From: Cyanophora paradoxa CCMP329
Lineage: Eukaryota; Plantae; Glaucophyta
NCBI GenBank assembly: GCA_004431415.1
Contig: QPMI01000319.1
Location: 1 to 42,375, forward strand
Length of the DNA stretch: 42,375 nt
Direction: 5' to 3'
The notes beneath the pieces were generated by a model. That model had not been told where the DNA came from. It saw only the letters and a program-made list of their open reading frames with translations, and made no database searches. Every line of letters begins with the position of its first letter. The stretch's first letter is position 1. The position numbers and the translations under genes were made by a program. Positions 31,639-42,375 of the stretch are shown piece by piece.

Positions 31639-32052
31639 CCGGAATCTGACCCCTCGGACGACTCCAGCACTCGCAGAGTGTCCAAGGAGCATGGTCATAT
31701 TCTGGAGGTTGCAAGGGAGGTTAAAATTGAACCTGGTGTGCAACGGAAGGTTGAACTGCAAGTCGGAGGCAACCGCTATTTGCCGGATTGTGAAGGTTTT
31801 CTTGTCAACTTCTACAAATGGGACGACAATCAGGAGGTCCGTGTGGCAAACGGACTTGCTGCATGTCGTGGAGGCAAAGTATATGCTTTAGTTTCGAATT
31901 TGAGCAATCGTTTTTCCGAGAAACCAGTTGTTTTGAAGAAGGGCCGTGCAATCGCACGATTTGTCCCTGAGAAGAATCTCGAAGCTGAAGTTTTTGACTT
32001 GGCTCTGAATTTGAGTTATGATCAAGATGGGAACGGCAAGTATGTGAAGGTC
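31639..32052 (+). mobile_element. Gypsy protease-RT spacer fragment with dUTPase-like fold
   Basis: VKIEPGVQRKVELQV...VANGLAACRGGKVYALVSNL...PVVLKKGRAIARFVP...LNLSYD is homologous to [13 protein letters not shown]...[15 protein letters not shown]...LVLSYD in copy B. Confidence 0.7.
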
Positions 32053-32174
32053 GAGTGCTCTGGCGAATCTCAGCGCTCCCTTCCTGCTGTTTCCTGTGGG
32101 TGGGGACCCCTGTCAGATTTTGGGGGGCAATGGGGGCAGCCCTGAACCCAACCCCGAAACAAGAAAACCAACAC
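32053..32174. repeat. Partial 147-bp satellite monomer linking two retroelement fragments
   Basis: GAGTGCTCTGGCGAATC...CCCCGAAACAAGAAAACCAACAC. Confidence 0.9.
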
Positions 32175-34900
32175 TCCTCCGAGGGGATGATCATGAGCGT
32201 CCTTGATGAGATCACGCTGCAAAGATGATGGAATAACAATGCGAGCATTAACACCCAAAGGCGAAAACATAAGCAGTCCTTTTCTGTTCATGGTGAAAAA
32301 CTTGGCCATGCGCTGGAGCTTTTCGTTGGAGGTTGTCTTCCCTTCCAACAACTCAATCAATTCAATGAGGTCCTTGTCTTGTCGCTGTGCCTCATTCACT
32401 CGGTCTAGACAAGGAAATGAGGTCGTCAGAAACGGAAATTGCAATGTTCAGAATTTCGTATTTATCTTCTGCATAAATATGTGAAGATGGATCTACTGGA
32501 ACTCTTGAAAAACCATCAGCACGGTTCAAAGAACCCTTCCTGTGTTTAATGGTGATATCATATTGCTGAATCAATGCAGACCATCGAGCAAGTTTTCCCT
32601 TTCCAGGTTTTCTGCTGAGCAACCATTCCAAAGCTTCACAATCTGTAAACACTGTTGACTTTGGTGCCCCTAGAAGATAGTGGCTCCACTGAGTAAGACA
32701 ATCTACAAGTGCTGCACATTCACCTTCAGAAGGAGGCATCTGTTTCTCAGAGCCTCTCCATTTGCGACTGTAAAAGCAAACGGGCTTCAAAACACCTTCT
32801 TGTTCCTGAGAGAGAATGCCAGAAGCACCCTTCTCGCAGGCATCTGTTTCAATTATAAACGGTTTGTTGAATTCAGGGTAGTGGAGAATTATGCACTTCA
32901 GCAATTCTTTCTTCAGATTGATGAAGTCCCTGGTATGCTCCTCTGTCCAAACAAAAGGAACATCTTTCTGTGTTAAATCGTAGAGACGAGCAGTTATAAT
33001 AGAAAACTTGTCGACATTATCTCTGTAATAGTTACAGGAACCAAGAAATGACCGCAGCTCAGTAGCATTATCTGGAATCGGAACTTTTTCAATTGCTTCC
33101 AGTTTTGCAGGGTCAGGGCGTCTGCCATTTCTATCTACAATGTGACCAAGAAACTTGAGCTCCATTTTAAAGAAGTGACACTTGTTGGGCTTGAGCTTGG
33201 CGTTGTTGGCACGTAGCCTGTTGAATGTATTTTGCAAGTCTCTGCAGTGCTCTTCAAAAGTCTTGGAATATGTAATAAGATCATCAATGCAAACGAGAAC
33301 AAACATCCAGAGATAATCATTGAAAATATTTTCCATGATGGCCTGAAATGTGGGGGGAGCATTTGTAAGTCCCATGGGCATAACCTTCATTTCAAACAAG
33401 CCATAAGGGGTTTTAAAGGCGGTTTTCTCCCGGTCAGATGGCTTCATCTTAACTTGCCAAAATCCAGTGGCGAGATCCATATTCGAAAAGAACCGACTTC
33501 CCTGAAGTGCGTCCAACATATCTTGTATATTAGGCAATGGATAAACATTTTTCTTGGTTGCTGCATTCAGGTTTCTATAATCAACTACGAGCCGCATTTC
33601 AGACGTATCATGCTTGCTGACAAAGAAAGCTGGAGAAGACCAAGAGCTCTGGGACTGTGCTGCTAAATTTCGAGCAAGCATGTCTTCCAAAGTCGTTTTG
33701 AACAATTCTCGGTCCTTGGGAGAATGGTGTAAAGGCCTCGATTTGATAGGAGGATGATCACCAGTATCAATGCTGTGTTCTCCAGGCAAGCACTTGTCTT
33801 CAGAAAATACGAACTTGTTCTCAAAAATATCACAGTTGTTCCTGAACAATTCTTTCATTATTTGTTTCTGTTCTACAGTTGCTCCAGAAAAACCAAAATC
33901 CAGTTGAGACTCTATGCTATCAAAGTAAGCTCTGTCAAAAGAAGGATCAATTGTTGATGTCACATTTTCTTTGCCTTTATGGAGATTGAGTGAGAGAATT
34001 TCATAATTTGCTTCTTGGATCCAGGATGCCAAAACATCACCCTTCTTTAGCATCATCTCATTATCACTACCACAGATGGTCATCCGAAAATTTAGATTGT
34101 TTCCAGACTGTCCAGTGGCTGCTGAAGTTTGTTTCCAGACTGTCCAGTGGCTGCTGAATCGAAAAAGAGACTGAATCAATTTGGGATCAGGGGGATCGTA
34201 ACACCTCTGGGCCTCTGCCTGCTCTAATTTGGTGCGGAAATCATTCAAAGAGGAGATTCCAAGCATGTTAAAATATTTGCAGTGCTTCAATGATGCCAGC
34301 TTCAGAATATACTCCACCAGATTTTTGTCCACCTCTCCTGGGAATGCAACTCTGGCTACCTTGAGGGACGTATCAATAAATCCATTGATGTTTGAACTGA
34401 GGTCTGGTTTCCATGGATAAAGATCGTAGAAATACGCCCGAGCATCGTCTTTACTGGGATTGAATCGCGCTTTCAATTGATTAACAACATCGTCAAAAAA
34501 AGTTGCTGGCAAGGGTTCTGGGTGGTCAAGCTGACAAAGAAAATCATGAGCAACACCCGTTGTAGCCGCTAGCAGAACAGAAAACTTTTCATCTTGTGAG
34601 AGACCGGGTACCCCCTTGAAAATGACATTTTCCATTTTTATTTTCAAGTCATCAACTCCAGAAAACCCGTCTGGGTTAAGACACACACCAGAAAATTGAA
34701 ATTTGGAGGCTTTTTTCTCTAAAAGATTAACAAGCTTCTGTCTAGCAAGAATTTCTTCTGCCATTTCCTCGATTTCTACCCGAGGTTCCTCGTCCTCTAA
34801 ACTATTGTCCACGTTTTCAGAGGCCACCTCCTCCACAACTGCACTGGCAAGCGATTTTCCACTTCTTAGTTTCAGATTGGAAAGCCTACCGATGCTACCA
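32175..34900 (-). mobile_element. gag-pol: Internally deleted, 3'-truncated Ty3/gypsy element (copy A): gag, RT, RNase H, start of integrase Zn finger
   Basis: LRSGK, TGVAHDF...LKARF (gag); VDYRNLN, MDLATGFWQV, VCIDD, TDAC, TDCEAL, NRADGFSR; frameshift near 32400-32440 then AQRQD...IVIP...AHDHPLGG. No protease motif. Confidence 0.93.
34885..34900 (-). promoter_or_regulatory. Putative primer-binding site (initiator tRNA-Met-like)
   Basis: Minus strand TGGTAGCATCGGTAGG immediately upstream of gag; its first bases can pair in an 8-bp hairpin GCTACCAC-CATTT-GTGGTAGC. tRNA identity is inferred. Confidence 0.55.
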
Positions 34901-35317
34901 CAAATGGTGGTAGCACCGCAAACAAAACAAAAAGTCACAAGACAGAAAAACAAGTCTACCAAGACTGGGTCCGTTGCCCCCCCGAGGGGGGGGATATCAG
35001 CCTACGGGCTCGACCACTGACCTATCAATGCATGCCTCTAATCTTTCAATCCCAGGTGAAAATCGCATCAATGATTGCCAATCCAGGTGGAAATGTGTTT
35101 CGAAAGCCATTCAAGCCAAAGCCGTGCGTGGACTTAATCCACTTGTCCTGAAATCTTAAACGATTTGCATGTTCACATCTTCGACCCCACTTGATTTTGC
35201 CTGCAGGCCCGTTGAAGAGAAACCCTACAGGCTTGATGACTGGCAACCTGGAGAGCAGCTACACTTTGATCAGAATGAGAAGCTTCTTCCAGGCACAGGC
35301 ATTTATGTGTGAGCTGT

Positions 35318-35620
35318 GGGTCCCCACCCACACGAAACAGCAGGCGGGGAGCGCTTGGATCCGCCAGAGCACTCTGGCAGGTTTGCATGATAGGGAGGGG
35401 TGTTAGTTTTCTAGTTTCGAGGTCGGGTTCAGGGTGGCCCCTACCGCCCCCCGAAATTTCACAGGGGTCCCCACCCAGGGGTCCCCACCCACACCAAACA
35501 GCAGGAGGGTAGCGCTGGGATTCGCCAGAGCACTCTGGCAGGTTTGCATGATGGGGAGGGGTTTAGTTTTCTAGTTTCGAGGTTGGGTCGGGGCTGCCCC
35601 CATCGCCCCCCGAAATCTCA
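35318..35620. repeat. About 2 monomers of the 147-bp satellite
   Basis: Satellite motifs with a small internal duplication AGGGGTCCCCACCC. Confidence 0.93.
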
Positions 35621-35754
35621 TCAAGGTTGAAATCGATGGTGACCGTTTCAAAGCTCTATCGATTACTGAAGAAGATGCGGAGAATTACATTATCCCTTAC
35701 GTTTATGACCACTCTCCCCTTTCTGAGGGTCCGGATCCGCGTCACCAGTTGTAA
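35620..35754 (+). pseudogene. 3' end of an unknown gene followed by an AT-rich non-coding tract to 36024
   Basis: Manual translation IKVEIDGDRFKALSITEEDAENYIIPYVYDHSPLSEGPDPRHQL*; below the ORF-track cutoff. Confidence 0.45.
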
Positions 35755-36024
35755 TTGAATTCAAATATAATTGATTTCATTCATTTTCACAGTAAAACCA
35801 CAGGGAGGGGGTCATGGGTAAAGAGAGAAAATGTGATTTATCAATAAAGTCGATAGATATATATGAGAGGCATAGGTAGGGGGTCATGGTTTTTTGGGGA
35901 AAGTGAGCAATTTACGATTCCTATCGGGCATTGGTAAGGAATCGATCGTAAATTGCTATTAATTGATGCGAGGTTCATAATTGCGATGCGGGGTTTTAAC
36001 TGCGAGGTTCACTGCAAACCGACC

Positions 36025-39000
36025 GGCAGCCCTGAACTCAACTTCGAAACTAGAAAACTAACACCCCTCCCTATCATGCAAACCTGCCAGAGTGCTCTGC
36101 CAAATCCCAGCACTCCCTGCCTGCTGTTTGGTGTAGGTGGGGACCCCTGTGAGATTTTGGGGGGGCGATGTGGGCAGCCCCAAACACTACCTCGAAACTA
36201 GAAAACTAACACCCCTCCCTATCATGCAAACCTGCCAGAGTGCTCTGGCGAATCCCAGCGCACCCTGCCTGCTGTTTCGTGTGGGTGGGGACCCCTGTGA
36301 GATTTCGGGGGGCAATGGGGGCAGCCCCAAACCCAACCTCGAAACTAGACAACTAACACCCCTCCCTATCATGCAAACCTGCCAGAGTGCTCTGGCGAAT
36401 CCCAGCGCTCCCCGCCTGCTGTTTCGTGTGGGTGGGGACCCCTGTCAGATTTCGGGGGCGATCAGGGCAGCCCTGCACCGAACCTCGAAACAAGAAAACT
36501 AACACCCCTCCCTATCATGCAATCTTGCCAAAGTGCTCTGGCGAATCCCAGCGCTCCCTGCCTGCTGTTTCGTGTGGGTGGGGACCCCTGTGAGATTTCG
36601 GGGGGCGATCGGGGCAGCCCCAAACCCAACATCGAAACTTGAAAACTAACACCCCTCCCTATCATGCAAACCTGCCAGAGTGCTCTGGCGAATCCCAGCG
36701 CTCCCTGCCTGCTGTTTTGTGTGGGTGGGGACCCCTGTGAGATTTCGGGGGGCAATGGGAGCAGCCCTGAACCCCAACTCGAAACTAGAAAACTAACACC
36801 CCTCCCTATCATGCAAACCTGCCAGAGTGCTCTGGCGAATCCCAGTGCTCCCCGCCTGCTGTTTCGTGTGGTTGGGGACCCCTGTGAGATTTCGGGGGCA
36901 ATGGGGGCAGCCCTGAACTCAACTTCGAAACTAGAAAACTAACACCCCTCCCTATCATGCAAACCTGCCAGAGTGCTCTGCCGAATCCCAGCACTCCCTG
37001 CCTGCTGTTTGGTGTAGGTGGGGACCCCTGTCAGATTTCGGGGGCGATCAGGGCAGCCCTGCACCGAACCTCGAAACTAGAAAACTAACACCCCTCCCTA
37101 TCATGCAATCTTGCCAAAGTGCTCTGGCGAATCCCAGCGCTCCCTGCCTGCTGTTTCGTGTGGGTGGGGACCCCTGTGAGATTTCGGGGGGCGATCGGGG
37201 CAGCCCCAAACCCAACATCGAAACTTGAAAACTAACACCCCTCCCTATCATGCAAACCTGCCAGAGTGCTCTGGCGAATCCCAGCGCTCCCTGCCTGCTG
37301 TTTTGTGTGGGTGGGGACCCCTGTGAGATTTCGGGGGGCAATGGGAGCAGCCCTGAACCCCAACTCGAAACTAGAAAACTAACACCCCTCCCTATCATGC
37401 AAACCTGCCAGAGTGCTCTGGCGAATCCCAGTGCTCCCCGCCTGCTGTTTCGTGTGGTTGGGGACCCCTGTGAGATTTCCGGGGGCAATGGGGGCAGCCC
37501 TGAACTCAACTTCGAAACTAGAAAACTAACACCCCTCCCTATCATGCAAACCTGCCAGAGTGCTCTGCCGAATCCCAGCACTCCCTGCCTGCTGTTTGGT
37601 GTAGGTGGGGACCCCTGTCAGATTTCGGGGGCGATCAGGGCAGCCCTGCACCGAACCTCGAAACTAGAAAACTAACACCCCTCCCTATCATGCAATCTTG
37701 CCAAAGTGCTCTGGCGAATCCCAGCGCTCCCTGCCTGCTGTTTCGTGTGGGTGGGGACCCCTGTGAGATTTCGGGGGGCGATCGGGGCAGCCCCAAACCC
37801 AACATCGAAACTTGAAAACTAACACCCCTCCCTATCATGCAAACCTGCCAGAGTGCTCTGGCGAATCCCAGCGCTCCTGCCTGCTGTTTGTGTGGGTGGG
37901 ACCCCTGTGAGATTTCGGGGGGCAATGGGAGCAGCCCTGAACCCAACTCGAAACTAGAAAACTAACACCCTCCCTATCATGCAAACCTGCCAGAGTGCTC
38001 TGGCGAATCCCAGTGCTCCCGCCTGCTGTTTCGTGTGGTGGGACCCCTGTGAGATTTCGGGGGCAATGGGGCAGCCCTGAACCAACTCGAAACTAGAAAA
38101 CTAACACCCTCCCTATCATGCAAACCTGCCAGAGTGCTCTGCGAATCCAGCACTCCTGCCTGCTGTTTGTGTGGTGGGGACCCCTGTAGATTTCGGGGGC
38201 GATCAGGGCAGCCCTGCACCAACCTCGAAACTAGAAAACTAACACCCTCCCTATCATGCAATCTGCCAAGTGCTCTGGCGAATCCCAGCGCTCCCTGCCT
38301 GCTGTTTCGTGTGGGTGGGACCCCTGTGAGATTTCGGGGGCGATCGGGCAGCCCCAAACCCAACATCGAAACTTGAAAACTAACACCCCTCCCTATCATG
38401 CAAACCTGCCAGAGTGCTCTGGCGAATCCCAGCGCTCCCTGCCTGCTGTTTGTGTGGGTGGGACCCCTGTGAGATTTCGGGGGGCAATGGGGCAGCCCGA
38501 ACCCAACTCGAAACTAGAAAACTAACACCCCTCCCTATCATGCAAACCTGCCAGAGTGCTCTGGCGAATCCCAGTGCTCCCGCCTGCTGTTTCGTGTGGT
38601 GGGGACCCTGTGAGATTTCGGGGGCAATGGGGCAGCCCGAACTCAACTTCGAAACTAGAAAACTAACACCCTCCCTATCATGCAAACCTGCCAGAGTGCT
38701 CTGCCGAATCCCAGCACTCCCTGCCTGCTGTTTGTGTGGTGGGGACCCCTGTAGATTTCGGGGGCGATCAGGGCAGCCCTGCACCAACCTCGAAACTAGA
38801 AAACTAACACCCTCCCTATCATGCAACTGCCAAGTGCTCTGGCGAATCCCAGCGCTCCCTGCCTGCTGTTTCGTGTGGGTGGGACCCCTGTGAGATTTCG
38901 GGGGCGATCGGGGCAGCCCCAACCCAACTCGAAACTGAAAACTAACACCCTCCCTATCATGCAAACCTGCCAGAGTGCTCTGGCGAATCCCAGCGCTCCC

Positions 39001-42000
39001 TGCCTGCTGTTTGTGTGGGTGGGACCCCTGTGAGATTTCGGGGGGCATGGGGCAGCCCGAACCCAACTCGAAACTAGAAAACTAACACCCCTCCCTATCA
39101 TGCAAACCTGCCAGAGTGCTCTGGCGAATCCCAGCGCTCCCGCCTGCTGTTTCGTGTGGTGGGGACCCCTGTGAGATTTCGGGGGCAATGGGGCAGCCCG
39201 AACCAACTCGAAACTAGAAACTAACACCCTCCCTATCATGCAAACCTGCCAGAGTGCTCTGCGAATCCCAGCCTCCCTGCCTGCTGTTTGTGTGGTGGGG
39301 ACCCCTGTAGATTTCGGGGGCGATCAGGGCAGCCCGAACCAACCTCGAAACTAGAAAACTAACACCCTCCCTATCATGCAACTTGCCAAGTGCTCTGGCG
39401 AATCCCAGCGCTCCCTGCCTGCTGTTTGTGTGGGTGGGGACCCCTGTGAGATTTCGGGGGCGATCGGGGCAGCCCCAACCCAACTCGAAACTGAAAACTA
39501 ACACCCCTCCCTATCATGCAAACCTGCCAGAGTGCTCTGGCGAATCCCAGCGCTCCCTGCCTGCTGTTTGTGTGGGTGGGGACCCCTGTGAGATTTTGGG
39601 GGCAATGGGGCAGCCCTGAACCCAACCTCGAAACTAGAAAACTAACACCCCTCCCTATCATGCAAACCTGCCAGAGTGCTCTGGCGAATCCCAGTGCTCC
39701 CCGCCTGCTGTTTCGTGTGGTTGGGGACCCCTGTGAGATTTCGGGGGCAATGGGGCAGCCCGAACCAACTCGAAACTAGAAAACTAACACCCCTCCCTAT
39801 CATGCAAACCTGCCAGAGTGCTCTGGCGAATCCCAGCACTCCCTGCCTGCTGTTTGTGTGGTGGGGACCCCTGTAGATTTCGGGGGCGATCAGGGCAGCC
39901 CGCACCAACCTCGAAACTAGAAAACTAACACCCTCCCTATCATGCAACTGCCAAGTGCTCTGGCGAATCCCAGCGCTCCTGCCTGCTGTTTCGTGTGGGT
40001 GGGACCCCTGTGAGATTTCGGGGGCGATCGGGGCAGCCCCAACCCAACATCGAAACTGAAAACTAACACCCTCCCTATCATGCAAACCTGCCAGAGTGCT
40101 CTGGCGAATCCCAGCGCTCCCTGCCTGCTGTTTGTGTGGGTGGGGACCCCTGTGAGATTTCGGGGGCATGGGGCAGCCCGAACCCAACTCGAAACTAGAA
40201 AACTAACACCCCTCCCTATCATGCAAACCTGCCAGAGTGCTCTGGCGAATCCCAGTGCTCCCGCCTGCTGTTTGTGTGGTGGGGACCCCTGTGAGATTTC
40301 GGGGGCAATGGGGCAGCCCGAACCAACCTCGAAACTAGAAAACAACACCCCTCCCTATCATGCAAACCTGCCAGAGTGCTCTGGCGAATCCCAGCGCTCC
40401 CTGCCTGCTGTTTGGTTGGTGGGACCCCTGTGAGATTTGGGGGCGATGGTGGCAGCCCTGAACCCATCCTCGAAACTAGAAAGCTAACACCCCTCCCTAT
40501 CATGCAAACCTGCCAGAGTGCTCTGGCGAATCCCAGCCCTCCCTGCCTGCTGTTTCGTGTGGGTGGGGACCCCTGTGAGATTTCGGGGGGCGATGGGGGC
40601 AGCCCCAAACCCAACCTCGAAACTAGACAACTAACACCCCTCCCTATCATGCAAACCTGCCAGAGTGCTCTGGCGAATCCCAGCGCTCCCTGCCTGCTGT
40701 TTTGTGTGGGTGGGGACCCCTGTCAGATTTCGGGGGCCATCAGGGCAGCCCCAAACCCAACCTCGAAACAAGAAAACTAACACCCCTCCCTATCATGCAA
40801 TCTTGCCAGAGTGCTCTGGCGAATCCCAGCGCTCCCTGCCTGCTGTTTCTTGTGGGTGGGGACCCCTGTGAGATTTCGGGGGCGATGGGGGCAGCCCCAA
40901 ACCCAACCTCGAAACTAGACAACTAACACCCCTCCCTATCATGCAAACCTGCCAGAGTGCTCTGGCGAATCCCAGCGCTCCCCGCCTGCTGTTTCGTGTG
41001 GGTGGGGACCCCTGTCAGATTTCGGGGGCGATCAGGGCAGCCCTGCACCGAACCTCGAAACTAGAAAACTAACACCCCTCCCTATCATGCAATCTTGCCA
41101 AAGTGCTCTGGCGAATCCCAGCGCTCCCTGCCTGCTGTTTCGTGTGGGTGGGGACCCCTGTGAGATTTCGGGGGGCGATCGGGGCAGCCCCAAACCCAAC
41201 ATCGAAACTTGAAAACTAACACCCCTCCCTATCATGCAAACCTGCCAGAGTGCTCTGGCGAATCCCAGCGCTCCCTGCCTGCTGTTTTGTGTGGGTGGGG
41301 ACCCCTGTGAGATTTCGGGGGGCAATGGGGCAGCCCTGAACTCAACCTCGAAACTAGAAAACTAACACCCTTCCCTATCATGCAAACCTGCCAGAGTGCT
41401 CTGGCGAATCCCAGCGCTCCCTGCCTGCTGTTTGGTCTAGGTGGGGACCCCTGTGAGCTTTTGGGGGGGCGATGTGGGCAGCCCCGAACCCAACCTCGAA
41501 ACTAGAAAACTAACACCCCTCCCTATCATGCAAACCTACCAGAGTGCTCTGGCGAATCCCAGCGCCCCCTGCCTGCTGTTTCGTGTGGGTGGGGACCCCT
41601 GTGAGATTTCGGGGGGCGATGGGGGCAGCCCCAAACCCAACCTCGAAACTAGACAACTAACACCCCTCCCTATCATGCAAACCTGCCAGAGTGCTCTGGC
41701 GCATCCCAGCGCTCCCTGCCTGCTGTTTCGTGTGGGTGGGGACCCCTGTCAGATTTCGGGGGCCATCAGGGCAGCCCTGCACCCAACCTCGAAACAAGAA
41801 AACTAACACCCCTCCCTATCATGCAATCTTGGCAGAGTGCTCTGGCGAATCCCAGCGCTCCCTGCCTGCTGTTTCATGTGGGTGGGGACCCCTGTGAGAT
41901 TTCGGGGGCGATGGGGGCAGCCCCAAACCCAACCTCGAAACTAGACAACTAACACCCCTCCCTATCATGCAAACCTGCCAGTGTGCTCTGGCGAATCCCA

Positions 42001-42375
42001 GCGCTCCCCGCCTGCTGTTTCGTGTGGGTGGGGACCCCTGTCAGATTTCGGGGGCGATCAGGGCAGCCCTGCACCGAACCTCGAAACAAGAAAACTTACA
42101 CCCCTCCCTATCATGCAATCTTGCCAAAGTGCTCTGGCGAATCCCAGCGCTCCCTGCCTGCTGTTTCATGTGGGTGGGGACCCCTGTGAGATTTCGGGGG
42201 GCGATGGTGGCAGCCCTGAACCCATCCTCGAAACTAGAAAGCTAACACCCCTCCCTTTCATGCAAACCTGCCAGAGTGCTCTGGCGAATCCCAGTGCTCC
42301 CTGCCTGCTGTTTCGTGTGGGTGGGGACCCCTGTGAGATTTCGGGGGGCGATCGGGCAGCCCCAAACCCAACCTC
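36025..42375. repeat. Uninterrupted single-orientation 147-bp satellite array (about 44 monomers) with a 4-mer higher-order repeat
   Basis: Diagnostic AATCTTGCCAAAG at 36521, 37107, 37694 (586-587 bp); continues to the window end. Confidence 0.97.

Noticed and set aside
24663-34962. Intact autonomous LTR retrotransposons
   Set aside because: Both larger copies lack protease, have stops or frameshifts, incomplete integrase and no paired LTRs.
2431-36025. Restriction-ligation (Hi-C/Pore-C) concatemer origin of the mosaic
   Set aside because: Junctions inspected do not share a restriction site such as GATC or CATG; amplification chimerism remains possible and is noted in the findings.
466-42375. 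CRISPR array (palindromic repeats with foreign inserts)
   Set aside because: Repeats are 147-bp head-to-tail monomers, mostly with no spacer; inserts are irregular in size; no cas genes; context is eukaryotic.

Overview
Eukaryotic, heterochromatin-like DNA. About half the window is a 147-bp GC-rich satellite (49 codons, open on both strands, built from short palindromes) in blocks of alternating orientation with local higher-order repeats. Two other tandem arrays occur (123-bp and 263-bp units). Between the satellite blocks lies a mosaic of about 20 foreign pieces of ~55 bp to ~5 kb: fragments and two internally deleted copies of Ty3/gypsy LTR retrotransposons (gag, protease, a dUTPase-like spacer domain, RT, RNase H, integrase, PBS), two overlapping pieces of one LINE RT, an endogenous Polinton-like virus/virophage segment (major capsid C-terminal half, A32-type packaging ATPase, RING protein, plus a separate minor-capsid fragment), a degenerate Vsr/PD-(D/E)xK-type nuclease, an intact fucosyltransferase-like gene and host-like gene pieces. 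Junctions cluster at the satellite's palindromes, often show microhomology or short templated duplications, and two inserts sit at the centre of satellite fold-backs. The best candidate for a new system is a satellite array that traps mobile-element and viral DNA by end-joining repair (possibly a small-RNA source locus). Amplification or assembly chimerism cannot be excluded from sequence alone, and part of the last array shows consensus-error signatures. All protein calls are by motif recognition, not database search. Most listed ORFs are satellite translations, not genes.
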